DNA from: an uncultured bacterium
GTDB lineage: Bacteria; Patescibacteriota; Minisyncoccia; UBA6257; 2-01-FULL-56-20
Direction: 5' to 3'
Length of the DNA: 64,000 bases
Assembly: GCA_963718515.1 (NCBI GenBank)
Contig: OY970354.1
Span: forward strand, 502,808 to 566,807
Position 1 is the stretch's first letter. Every line of letters starts with the position of its first letter. Below are positions 1 to 9,451 of the stretch, in pieces. The notes beneath the pieces were generated by a model that was not told where the DNA came from, searched no databases, and was given only the letters and a program-made list of their open reading frames with translations. Both the position numbers and the translations under genes were made by a program.

Positions 1-1
1 T

Positions 2-1090
2 CCTTCAGAAGCGTTGCCTATTTCTGTTGATACGGATGGGTATGAGATCAACGAGGAGATGCGGCTCAAGTATCGCTATCTCGATCTTCGCCGCGAGCGG
101 CTGGCGCATAACCTTGCATTCCGCCATCATATCATCACTTTTATTCGTAACTTTTTGAATGAGCGGGGTTTTTTGGAAATTGAAACGCCGAACCTTACGC
201 GTTCGACGCCCGAAGGCGCACGCGATTATCTGGTGCCATCGCGCATACAGAAGGGGAGTTTCTACGCCTTGCCGCAATCGCCCCAGCAGTACAAGCAACT
301 GCTCATGGTGGCGGGAGTGGATAAGTATTTCCAGATCGCGCGGTGCTTCCGCGACGAGGACACCCGCGGCGACCGCCAGCCGGAATTTACCCAGCTTGAT
401 ATGGAAATGAGCTTTATCGAGCAGGAGGATATTTTGGCGTTGAACGAAGAACTTTTGATAAAACTCGTCAAGGCGCTTGCGCCGGAAAAAAAGATCCAGG
501 AGATTCCTTTTCCGCGCATCACGTATAAGGAAGCGATGGAAAAATATGGCACCGACCGACCGGATATGCGTACCGATAAGGAAGACAAAGACCTTCTGGC
601 GTTCTGCTGGGTGATCGATTTTCCTTTCTTTGAAAAAACGGAAGAAGGCGGATGGACGTTCACGCATAATCCTTTCTCTGCACCAAAGCCGGAATTTATG
701 AACGATCTTTTGGAGAAAAAGAATATCGGCGAGATCCTTACCACTCAATACGACGTAGCGATGAATGGATTGGAGATCGGCGGCGGAAGCATCCGCAATC
801 ACGAAGCGAAGGCGCTCGAAGCGGTGTTCGAGATCATGGGATTCGAGAAGGAGCGGATCCATAAGAATTTCGGGCACATGCTTGAAGCATTCAGCTACGG
901 CGCGCCGCCGCATGGTGGGATCGCGTGGGGTCTTGACCGGCTGATTTCACTGCTTGCCGCCGAGCCGAACATCCGCGAGGTCATCCCATTTCCAAAGACC
1001 GGTGACGGGCGCGATCCGATGATGGAATCGCCGGCACCGGTGGACAAGAAGCAGTTGGATGAGCTAGGATTGGAAATAAAGAAAAAATAA
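2..1090 (+). CDS. aspS: aspartate--tRNA ligase, C-terminal ~360 aa (5' end lies outside the window)
   Basis: The frame is open to the window edge. Class II AspRS motifs are present: FYALPQSPQQYKQ, QIARCFRDED, GGGSIR, PPHGGIAWGLDR. Confidence 0.9.
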   Translation, partial: PSEALPISVDTDGYEINEEMRLKYRYLDLRRERLAHNLAFRHHIITFIRNFLNERGFLEIETPNLTRSTPEGARDYLVPSRIQKGSFYALPQSPQQYKQLLMVAGVDKYFQIARCFRDEDTRGDRQPEFTQLDMEMSFIEQEDILALNEELLIKLVKALAPEKKIQEIPFPRITYKEAMEKYGTDRPDMRTDKEDKDLLAFCWVIDFPFFEKTEEGGWTFTHNPFSAPKPEFMNDLLEKKNIGEILTTQYDVAMNGLEIGGGSIRNHEAKALEAVFEIMGFEKERIHKNFGHMLEAFSYGAPPHGGIAWGLDRLISLLAAEPNIREVIPFPKTGDGRDPMMESPAPVDKKQLDELGLEIKKK

Positions 1091-1100
1091 AATAATTAAT

Positions 1101-1580
1101 ATGAATCATCCCAAAGAGGAACAGACGCTCGTTTTGTTGAAGCCCGATGCATTACAGAGAAATTTGCTGGGCGAAATACTTCATCGTTTTGAACGAAAGG
1201 GCTTGAAGATTATTGGTTTAAAGATGCTTCACATGGATGAAGTGCTTCTCAAGGAGCATTATGGAAAATATTCTGACAAGCCCTTTTTTAATGGGTTAAA
1301 GAAATATATGTCTGCCTCTCCGCTGGTTGCCGTTGTTATTTCCGGTATCGGTGCGGTTGTCACCGTGCGTACGATAGTCGGCTCTACTCGAGGGAGCGAA
1401 GCTGCTGGGGGCACTATTCGTGGTGATTTCGCGATGAGCATCCAAAGTAATCTTATTCATGCTTCTGATCCTGCGGAAAATCCAAAGGAAGAAATTGCAC
1501 GTTTCTTTAAGCCTCACGAACTTTTCTCCTATCAGCGTATCGACTTCGAAACGGTATATAGCGACGAAGAGAGAAATTAG
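1101..1580 (+). CDS. ndk: nucleoside-diphosphate kinase
   Basis: 159 aa. Contains LVLLKPDA, RGDF and the active-site NLIHASD typical of NDK. Confidence 0.9.
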   Translation: MNHPKEEQTLVLLKPDALQRNLLGEILHRFERKGLKIIGLKMLHMDEVLLKEHYGKYSDKPFFNGLKKYMSASPLVAVVISGIGAVVTVRTIVGSTRGSEAAGGTIRGDFAMSIQSNLIHASDPAENPKEEIARFFKPHELFSYQRIDFETVYSDEERN

Positions 1581-1585
1581 GAAGT

Positions 1586-2059
1586 ATGGAGCTTGATCCG
1601 CGCCTTCATATAGTAGCGGTCACTGCTATCATCGAAAAAGACGGGAAATTTTTGATATCGAAGCGCGCAGACAACGAAAAAGTTTTTCCAGGAAAGTGGA
1701 CTGCTCCGGGAGGCAAATTGGTGTTCTCGGAATATCATCATTTGCCTTCTTCGGCATCGAGCCATCCGCAGTGGTATAACATGGCCGAATGGGCCGTCAG
1801 AAAAGAGGTTCGGGAGGAAGTGGGGCTTGAGATCGAGAAACCACACTACCTTACCGATCTTGTTTTCGTGCGGCCCGACGGCTATCCCGTATTTACGATA
1901 TCGTATTGGGCAAAATATAAAAGCGGAGAGGTTACGCTCAACCACGAAATGAGCGATTTTAAATGGATCGATGCAAAAGATGCAAAGAGTTATGACATGA
2001 TCGAGGGAATTGCAGAAGAGATCGAGGAAGCCGAGAAGGCGATACTATCATTGGGATAG
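1586..2059 (+). CDS. NUDIX hydrolase
   Basis: 157 aa. Nudix box-like GKWTAPGGKL...AVRKEVREEVGLE. Confidence 0.75.
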   Translation: MELDPRLHIVAVTAIIEKDGKFLISKRADNEKVFPGKWTAPGGKLVFSEYHHLPSSASSHPQWYNMAEWAVRKEVREEVGLEIEKPHYLTDLVFVRPDGYPVFTISYWAKYKSGEVTLNHEMSDFKWIDAKDAKSYDMIEGIAEEIEEAEKAILSLG

Positions 2060-2785
2060 TTACTTCACCTCCTCAAACGCCTTTACAATCGGATCCATTT
2101 CGCCCTCGAGGATCTTTTCGATGTTGTGCCACTTCTTGCCGATGCGGTGATCGGTGATGCGGTCGTCGGGGAAGTTATAGGTGCGGATCTTTTCCGAGCG
2201 GTCGGCGGTGCCGATCTGGTCGCGGCGGTCTTGGGCGATGTTGCCGGCGGCGCGGATCTGTTCGATCTCGTAGAGCTTGGCGCGAAGCACATCCATCGCT
2301 TTTTCCCGGTTCGCATACTGCGAGCGCTCCTCGCGTGAGGCGACGACGATGCCGGTCGGCTTGTGGAGTATCCGCACCGCCGTCTCCACTTTGTTCACGT
2401 TCTGTCCGCCCGGGCCGCCGGCGCGCGAGAACGTCACTTCAAGATCGCCGAGATTAATGTTCACTTCGCGCGCCTCCACGATCGGCAGAATGGCAACGGA
2501 TGCGGTGGACGTGTGCACCCGTCCCGCCTTTTCCGTTTTTGGAATCCGTTGCACGCGGTGGACGCCGGATTCATGCTTCAAAGCCTCATAACATCCTTCA
2601 CCTTTTATCTCCGCGGTCAGGCTCTTATATCCCTGCGAGTTCTCGCTGGAATCGAGTATTGAAAAGCTCCAGCCTCGCTTTGCGGCATAGCGCTGGTACA
2701 TGCGCGCGAGGTCGGCGGCAAAGATAGAGGCTTCGTCGCCGCCCGCCCCGGCGCGTATTTCTATGATGATCTTGTTGGTACTCAT
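2060..2785 (-). CDS. prfA: peptide chain release factor 1-like protein lacking N-terminal domain 1
   Basis: The protein starts directly at the domain-2 motif [12 protein letters not shown]. It has the RF1-type tripeptide PKT ([14 protein letters not shown]) and the GGQ motif (GPGGQNVNK). An alternative GTG start lies at 2806. Only 38 nt separate that alternative start (59 nt from the called ATG at 2785) from the divergent gene at 2845, so no room exists for a domain 1. Confidence 0.8.
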   Translation of the reverse strand: MSTNKIIIEIRAGAGGDEASIFAADLARMYQRYAAKRGWSFSILDSSENSQGYKSLTAEIKGEGCYEALKHESGVHRVQRIPKTEKAGRVHTSTASVAILPIVEAREVNINLGDLEVTFSRAGGPGGQNVNKVETAVRILHKPTGIVVASREERSQYANREKAMDVLRAKLYEIEQIRAAGNIAQDRRDQIGTADRSEKIRTYNFPDDRITDHRIGKKWHNIEKILEGEMDPIVKAFEEVK

Positions 2786-2844
2786 GAGGTCTCTATTTTC
2801 CCTCACTATGGTATCATAATAGTGAAGAAATCTTAAGTTCAGCC

Positions 2845-3235
2845 ATGGACGAAACCCCTCTCATTCTTATCGTTGATGACGAAGCGGCATTTCGCGAGAT
2901 TTTCAGCGCCAAGCTTGGCGCTGACGGATATCGCGTTGAGACGGCCGAGAACGGCGAAATCGGATTGGCAAAAGCCAAAGCGCTCAAACCGAGCCTCATT
3001 CTTATGGACGTCCGGATGCCGGTAATGGATGGTCCTACCGCGGTGCTGAAACTTCGCGAAGATCCGGAGACCAAAGATATAAAAGTGGCGTTTCTTACCA
3101 GCTCTCGGCGATCCGCGCATGGAGATGCAGGAAATGAGCGCCAAGATGGCGCAGGATTTTGGCGCACAAGGATATCTCCGAAAAACGGACGATCTCGATT
3201 TGTTGAACGATAGAATAAAAGCGTTTCTCCAATGA
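2845..3235 (+). pseudogene. single-domain response regulator (REC), one frameshift as assembled
   Basis: The N-terminal part LILIVDDE...LILMDVRMPVMDG...VAFLTS is in one frame. It continues as LGDPRMEMQEMSAKMAQDFGAQGYLRKTDDLDLLNDRIKAFLQ in the +1 frame from about 3100. The TGA stop at 3233-3235 overlaps the next ATG. Confidence 0.75.
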
Positions 3236-3627
3236 GGCCACGGCCGCTTATCCTCGTCGTCGATGATGAACACGATCTTCTCGAGATCATGTCCTTGAAG
3301 CTCGCCGCTTCAGGATTCGATGCGGTCGTTGCTTACAGTGCCAAGGAGGCTGTCGATGCGGCCAAGAAGATCCACCCCGACCTTATCCTTATGGATATCC
3401 ATATGCCCGGCGCATCGGGCACCGACGCGGCGCTTGAGATCAAGCAAAATCCGGAGACAAAAAATATCAGGATCGCGTTTTTGAGCAATATGAAGGATCC
3501 GTGGCCGCAGACAACATCGCCGCGCAATGCCCTCGCAAAATCGCTTGGTATGGACGACTTTATTGATAAGACCGGTGATCTGAATCTGATCGTGGCAAAA
3601 GTGCGGGAGATCCTGGGGCGAAAATAA
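3232..3627 (+). CDS. single-domain response regulator (REC)
   Basis: 131 aa. Motifs LILVVDDE, LILMDIHMPGASG, IAFLS. It has the same extra DP-containing insert after beta-5 as the upstream paralog. Confidence 0.8.
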   Translation: MRPRPLILVVDDEHDLLEIMSLKLAASGFDAVVAYSAKEAVDAAKKIHPDLILMDIHMPGASGTDAALEIKQNPETKNIRIAFLSNMKDPWPQTTSPRNALAKSLGMDDFIDKTGDLNLIVAKVREILGRK

Positions 3628-3686
3628 AAAATAGCCGTATTCGCCTCCTTGCAGATGATAGTTCGGCAAGCGAGAGCGCTATTTTT
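3626..3686 (-). repeat. conserved-loop hairpin, copy A
   Basis: The minus strand reads CCGAACTATCATCTGCAAGGAGG (plus-strand 3644-3666). It is enclosed by the outer stem AAAAATAGC/GCTATTTTT. It lies between the convergent REC gene and rpmE. Confidence 0.5.
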
Positions 3687-3691
3687 AGTCT

Positions 3692-3934
3692 TTACTGTTT
3701 CTTGGGGCGGATCTTTTTCGGTTTCGGTTCAACCTTAGCGGCGCGGCGTGACTTGAACTTCTCCACGCGGCCTGCGGTGTCGATCAACTTTTCCTCACCC
3801 GTGTAGAACGGATGGCACTGTGCGCAAATTTCAACGCGGATCTCTTCTTGAGTAGCGCCTGTTGTGAAGGTGTTGCCGCACGCGCAGATGACCGTTGCGT
3901 GAGGGAAATATTTAGGATGCACGTTTGTTTTCAT
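3692..3934 (-). CDS. rpmE: 50S ribosomal protein L31
   Basis: 80 aa: MKTNVHPKY...CAC...[10 protein letters not shown], the zinc-ribbon type L31. Confidence 0.9.
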   Translation of the reverse strand: MKTNVHPKYFPHATVICACGNTFTTGATQEEIRVEICAQCHPFYTGEEKLIDTAGRVEKFKSRRAAKVEPKPKKIRPKKQ

Positions 3935-3990
3935 GATGCTGTCTATTATATGCGATAAAAATTAGTTAGTCAAATTTATTTAAAAGTGAA

Positions 3991-4012
3991 GGACCTCCGT
4001 TGGGGGAGGTCC
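3991..4012. terminator. perfect 8-bp GC-rich hairpin
   Basis: GGACCTCC-gttggg-GGAGGTCC. It lies just downstream of the small minus-strand ORF 4039..4176. Confidence 0.4.
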
Positions 4013-4038
4013 TGTGGTTTGCCGGTGTCGGCGGCCGA

Positions 4039-4176
4039 TCAGTGGGGGTGTATTGCTATGATGAGGAACACAATCGCGAGGACGCCGAGGAGGATGTCGA
4101 TGTGTTTCTCGTGCACGATCTTTGCCTGGCGCTCATCAAGCATCACTAGTCCGACATTCTGGTCGTGGGGATTCAT
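4039..4176 (-). CDS. small membrane protein, 45 aa (below the ORF-track length cutoff)
   Basis: Translates as MNPHDQNVGLVMLDERQAKIVHEKHIDILLGVLAIVFLIIAIHPH with a C-terminal TM helix. TAAGGAG lies 6 nt upstream of the ATG and the hairpin 3991-4012 lies downstream. Confidence 0.4.
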   Translation of the reverse strand: MNPHDQNVGLVMLDERQAKIVHEKHIDILLGVLAIVFLIIAIHPH

Positions 4177-4271
4177 GGAAAACTCCTTATCCCTAGTTGG
4201 GATTACCAAGGTGACTATAACATATAAATCGCCGCTTTGTCAAATATCACAAGACACTATGTAGCTAGAGA

Positions 4272-4330
4272 GAAAAGAAGGGTCTCGTACCGAACTATCA
4301 TCTGCCAGGAGGTACGAGACCCTTCTTTTC
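4272..4330 (+). repeat. conserved-loop hairpin, copy B
   Basis: A perfect 20-bp stem (4272-4291 with 4311-4330) encloses the 19-nt loop GAACTATCATCTGCCAGGA. It sits immediately upstream of the rRNA promoter. Confidence 0.6.
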
Positions 4331-4337
4331 TTGGGGA

Positions 4338-4365
4338 TTGACACCATCTCACCATTTGATACAAT
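4338..4365 (+). promoter_or_regulatory. sigma-70-type promoter for the 16S rRNA
   Basis: TTGACA (4338-4343), 16-nt spacer, TACAAT (4360-4365), about 165 nt upstream of the 16S 5' end. Confidence 0.55.
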
Positions 4366-4418
4366 AGACCTCGTTGTATCGAGCCGTCCCTTTACATGAT
4401 ATTGGTAAGGAAATAAAG

Positions 4419-4441
4419 AGAGTTTTTTAGTTGTCCCAATT
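4419..4441 (+). other. 5' arm of the pre-16S processing stem
   Basis: AGAGTTTTTTAGTTGTCCCAATT pairs over 23 nt (one G-U) with 6157-6179. This is a typical RNase III-type stem bracketing an rRNA. Confidence 0.6.
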
Positions 4442-4529
4442 TATTCTTTTGGCAACATTTAGAAGTAAAAAAATGTTGCAATGAATTTTTACTGGGCGTT
4501 TGAAGGTTTTGAGTCTTCAAGCAACCTTT

Positions 4530-6075
<1,546 letters not shown>

Positions 6076-6156
6076 AATATATAAAAATTTATTTTTATAT
6101 AGTCGAACTTTCTTCTCTTTGGCCAGCGATCGATCGCAGGCGAAAGCGAGGGAGGT

Positions 6157-6179
6157 AATTGGGACAACTAAAAAGCTCT
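6157..6179 (+). other. 3' arm of the pre-16S processing stem
   Basis: AATTGGGACAACTAAAAAGCTCT is complementary to 4419-4441. Confidence 0.6.
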
Positions 6180-6217
6180 TTGATGATATAGGTTGTATTT
6201 TGTGTTAAAATAAAACT

Positions 6218-6596
6218 ATGGCAAACGAGCCTAAGAAAATCATGATCATAGAGGACGACCGTTTTCTGTCGTCTTTGATGAAAGCCCGCCTCGAGAAGGA
6301 GGGATTTCTCATCGCCCAGGCGTTCGATGGCGAGGAGGCGATGCAGGCGCTCAAGACCGAGTTGCCGGCACTCATCATCCTCGACCTCATCATGCCGCAG
6401 GTAACGGGATTCGAGGTTTTGCAAACGATCTCGATCACGCCGCAGCTTGGACAAAGTGCCGGTCGTTATCCTTACCAATCTCGCGCAGGATTCCGACATC
6501 AAGAAAGCACAGGAGCTGGGTGCGAAGGAATATTTCGTAAAGGTGAAGGTTTCGATCGATGATCTCATTGGAAGGATAAAAACATTGGTGGCATAG
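6218..6596 (+). pseudogene. single-domain response regulator (REC), one frameshift as assembled
   Basis: IMIIEDD...LIILDLIMPQVTGFEVL is in one frame. From about 6446 it continues as LDKVPVVILTNLAQDSDIKKAQELGAKEYFVKVKVSIDDLIGRIKTLVA in another frame, ending at the TAG at 6594-6596. Confidence 0.75.
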
Positions 6597-6617
6597 TGCA
6601 AAAATATAGATAAAAAA

Positions 6618-6920
6618 ATGGTCTCAGGAGAAATTCTCAAAAAAATAAAGCCGGGTGCGAAGGTTAAAGTGTACGAGGGCAAGACCCCGTTCGCTGGTTT
6701 GGTGATCGCACGCAAACATGGTTCCGAACCGGGCGCGACGTTCACCGTCCGCACCGTTCTCGCGGGCGTCGGCGTGGAGAAGGTGTATCCCATCCATTCT
6801 CCCTCGATCGTCAAGATTGACGTCGTCTCAAGCCCCAAGAAAGTGCATCGCTCCAAGCTGTATTTCGTCCGGAATGTTTCGGGCGCTAAGATCAGGCAGA
6901 AGTTGGACGTGTCGATGTAG
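6618..6920 (+). CDS. rplS: 50S ribosomal protein L19
   Basis: 100 aa. The pattern KPGAKVKV...GLVIARKHGS...TFTVR...GVEKVYPIHSP is typical of L19. Confidence 0.85.
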   Translation: MVSGEILKKIKPGAKVKVYEGKTPFAGLVIARKHGSEPGATFTVRTVLAGVGVEKVYPIHSPSIVKIDVVSSPKKVHRSKLYFVRNVSGAKIRQKLDVSM

Positions 6921-6940
6921 GGGTAGCGTGAAATTCCCAG

Positions 6941-6967
6941 AAAAACCGCCGCTTGCCGGTTTTTTGG
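6941..6967 (+). terminator. intrinsic terminator after rplS
   Basis: AAAAACCG...CGGTTTTTTGGTTTT: a GC stem followed by a T-run. Confidence 0.55.
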
Positions 6968-7003
6968 TTTTGATGATATACTTCTCGCAGTAGGAGGTTC
7001 TCT

Positions 7004-7396
7004 ATGGGCAATATACTTCCTTGGGATCCGGGAGAGTTCAAAGAATTGTACGCTGAAGCAGTAGAGGAATGGCGGCTTTTTAATGACTTTACCGCTGATG
7101 TGTTGAGGCAGTGTAGCGCTAATACCGACCTACCAACTGCATTGGAAAGCTATGAAAAGGCCAACGTCCACTATTGGAAAGCCATCAAAGCGGTAGCCCG
7201 GATCTCGCTTCGTTTTTATAGAGGGACTGCTGGCGAGGTCTTTGATCACACGAAAGAAGAAGAAATTCAACTTTCTGCTCTTTCGGGAATGTTGTCGAGA
7301 TCTATGAATAATCTTCTTTCCGTTCATAAGATTTCTCTGCAAAGAGATCAGAATGCAAAATTGGCGGCATTGCGTAAGAGTCAGAGTGCTTCATAG
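7004..7396 (+). CDS. hypothetical helical protein, 130 aa
   Basis: Intact ORF with a perfect AGGAGG 6 nt upstream. It is visibly more AT-rich than its neighbours. I recognise no family. Confidence 0.5.
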   Translation: MGNILPWDPGEFKELYAEAVEEWRLFNDFTADVLRQCSANTDLPTALESYEKANVHYWKAIKAVARISLRFYRGTAGEVFDHTKEEEIQLSALSGMLSRSMNNLLSVHKISLQRDQNAKLAALRKSQSAS

Positions 7397-7455
7397 ATTC
7401 TATGAGGCACTGTATTTTTTTTAGTGCATCATATATCATTGAGCTTGAAGTTTTT

Positions 7456-7536
7456 GCGCGGGTGGCGAAATGGCAGACGCACTACCTTGAGGTGGTAGCG
7501 CCGAAAGGCGTGGAGGTTCGACTCCTCTCCCGCGCA
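7456..7536 (+). tRNA. tRNA-Leu (anticodon GAG)
   Basis: Acceptor GCGCGGG/CCCGCGC, anticodon arm CTACC-TTGAGGT-GGTAG, long variable arm CGCCGAAAGGCG, T-loop TTCGACT. CCA is not encoded. Confidence 0.85.
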
Positions 7537-7742
7537 CAACATGTCAAAAAAATCACGCCACATATGACTTCATTTTAGCAGAAAATAAAACGGCGCATCA
7601 GGGGTGCGTCGGGAATCTATACTACGCTTGGTTCGTGCGCCATAATCAGGTGGGCGCGCGTTCGCGTAAGCGTAGTATAGCAGTTGTGGACACGGAAAGT
7701 CCAGTGGTTGCCGCAAGGGAGAAATATGGTACTATAAACGTA

Positions 7743-8900
7743 ATGAAATCCCGAGACGGATTCGCGGCGGCGCTTGTGATATTTCTGGTTCTCGTATTGG
7801 TCATAATAGGCGCTGTTTTGTGGGTGCATTACTATTACCTCCCCAAAATGGCTGCGGAGAATTCTTCGACATCGGCAGGTTCGACGACATCGGTTCCTGC
7901 AGCTCCCTCGTTATCCGCTACATCTTCCCAGTCCGCGCCTGCTTCGGAAGGCGCGACTCCTGCTGGATGGGCGACGCATCAGAACAATGCTGGTGGATTT
8001 TCCATTGCTTATCCTTCCGGATATTCAAGCAACGACAAAGTTATCATCAGCGGTACGGGCGAGACGGATATTTACCCTGCATCAAATCCGAGCGCGCCAC
8101 TGGTTGTGGTAAATTATTCTTCCGCCGCCGGGCAGACCGCACAGTCGGCGTTCGATACCATCACTTCTGAAATTCCGCTTATCCGCCAGAGGTTCCCATC
8201 CGTCGTTGTGGCTACGAGTACGGCGTCTATTGGTTCGTTCTCGGCGCAGGTATTAACCACTTCTGGTAGTGGCCAAGATGATGCGGCGTATGTCTTTGAG
8301 GCAGGGAATGCCATCTATCAGGTTTCCATGAACTACGATGCGGGTGGTGCGGCGAATGTTTCATCCAATAAGACCCTCGCGGATAGTATCCTTGCTACTT
8401 TTCAGTTGATTTCATCATCGGCGGGGACAACTAGTAATTCCAGTTGGCAGTCGTATACTGATTCTCAGTTTGGAATAACATTCCCGTATCCACCCGGCTA
8501 CTGGGTTCAGTCGAGCATCGCTGATGCGGGATCGGAGGATATCACCGTGAGGCCCAGTGATGTACCTCAATTGAGCGGTATCGAACTCATGAAGCTTAGT
8601 ATTACGCCTGCGGGTACTGATAGCGTTCAGTCGGAAGTCGCGCAATGGACGAGCAATCTGCAATATGGGCGATATACTTTCGCAACCAGCACGGCAACAA
8701 TCGCGGGCTACTCAGCACAGCGGTTTTCGCTTTCAAAACCGGATGACAATGGTGCGCTCTATATTTTTACCAATGGGAAATCTATATTCGTAGTCTCTGC
8801 CTACTATGACAACGCCTCATCGGCTCCCAATTCTTCTTCCGTGGAGGCAACAAACGAGTCAATGGCTAACAAGATTATCGCAGGTATTGTTTTGAATTGA
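7743..8900 (+). CDS. membrane-anchored secreted protein with an internal domain duplication
   Basis: An N-terminal TM helix (AAALVIFLVLVLVIIGAVLWV) is followed by an S/T/A-rich linker. Two related modules each open with GGFSIAYPSGY or QFGITFPYPPGY. The ORF-track start at 7635 looks too early. Confidence 0.6.
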   Translation: MKSRDGFAAALVIFLVLVLVIIGAVLWVHYYYLPKMAAENSSTSAGSTTSVPAAPSLSATSSQSAPASEGATPAGWATHQNNAGGFSIAYPSGYSSNDKVIISGTGETDIYPASNPSAPLVVVNYSSAAGQTAQSAFDTITSEIPLIRQRFPSVVVATSTASIGSFSAQVLTTSGSGQDDAAYVFEAGNAIYQVSMNYDAGGAANVSSNKTLADSILATFQLISSSAGTTSNSSWQSYTDSQFGITFPYPPGYWVQSSIADAGSEDITVRPSDVPQLSGIELMKLSITPAGTDSVQSEVAQWTSNLQYGRYTFATSTATIAGYSAQRFSLSKPDDNGALYIFTNGKSIFVVSAYYDNASSAPNSSSVEATNESMANKIIAGIVLN

Positions 8901-8904
8901 CCTC

Positions 8905-9450
8905 ATGCAGATAGCGCACAGCAAAACTCGCGATCAATTTCCGCTCAGCGAGCGAAAAATTTGGAAGAAGACTATTGCGGCGATTTTTATGTGGATCGTC
9001 ATTCTTCTTGTCGTTGCTGGACTGCCGATGCTTGAAGCGGCCATGATGCCCACTGGCGTGGCCGCGCAGCGATTGCCTTATATATCTTTGGCGGCTCTGG
9101 CGATTCTTATAGTCGTTTTTATCATCACATACTGTTATCAGTATTGGTATTTCAAAGTATATTATTACGATCTTGGCGATGATTTTGTTGTCGTCAGAAA
9201 AGGCCCTATCGCTCCACGAGAAATCACTATTCCATGGGAACGCATACAGGATATCTATGTGGACCAAGACATCTGGGATCGGATGTTTGGTCTCTATGAT
9301 GTCCATCTTTCGAGCGCCACATTCGCGTCCGGCATGGAGGCGCACATTGACGGCGTGGGGAAAGACGCGGCCGATGGGTTAAAAGCTCTACTCCTTCAGA
9401 CGGTACGCCAGAAAATAGGTCGCAAACAAAAACAAAACGCAACCTCCTAA
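8905..9450 (+). CDS. membrane protein with a bacterial PH domain (DUF304/YdbS-like)
   Basis: Two TM helices are followed by VVVRKGPIAPREITIPWERIQDIYVDQDIWDRMFGLYDVHL. Confidence 0.65.
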   Translation: MQIAHSKTRDQFPLSERKIWKKTIAAIFMWIVILLVVAGLPMLEAAMMPTGVAAQRLPYISLAALAILIVVFIITYCYQYWYFKVYYYDLGDDFVVVRKGPIAPREITIPWERIQDIYVDQDIWDRMFGLYDVHLSSATFASGMEAHIDGVGKDAADGLKALLLQTVRQKIGRKQKQNATS

Positions 9451-9451
9451 T

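Noticed and set aside
5-913. A 302-aa minus-strand ORF.
   Set aside because: It is fully antisense to the clearly conserved aspS frame. Its Arg/Phe/His-rich, low-complexity composition is typical of a shadow ORF.
2035-2062. ACTATCAT at the NUDIX/RF1 gene junction, considered as a fourth copy of the conserved-loop hairpin.
   Set aside because: Only 8 nt match. There is no flanking stem and no CAGGAGG-type 3' half.
6095-6856. A 253-aa minus-strand ORF.
   Set aside because: It runs antisense across the 16S trailer, the REC gene and rplS. It has no family resemblance.
7690-7705. ACGGAAAGTCCAG, which resembles the RNase P RNA CR-I motif GAGGAAAGTCCGG.
   Set aside because: No other RNase P conserved regions follow. 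A convincing protein gene starts 40 nt downstream, so there is no room for a 350-nt RNA.
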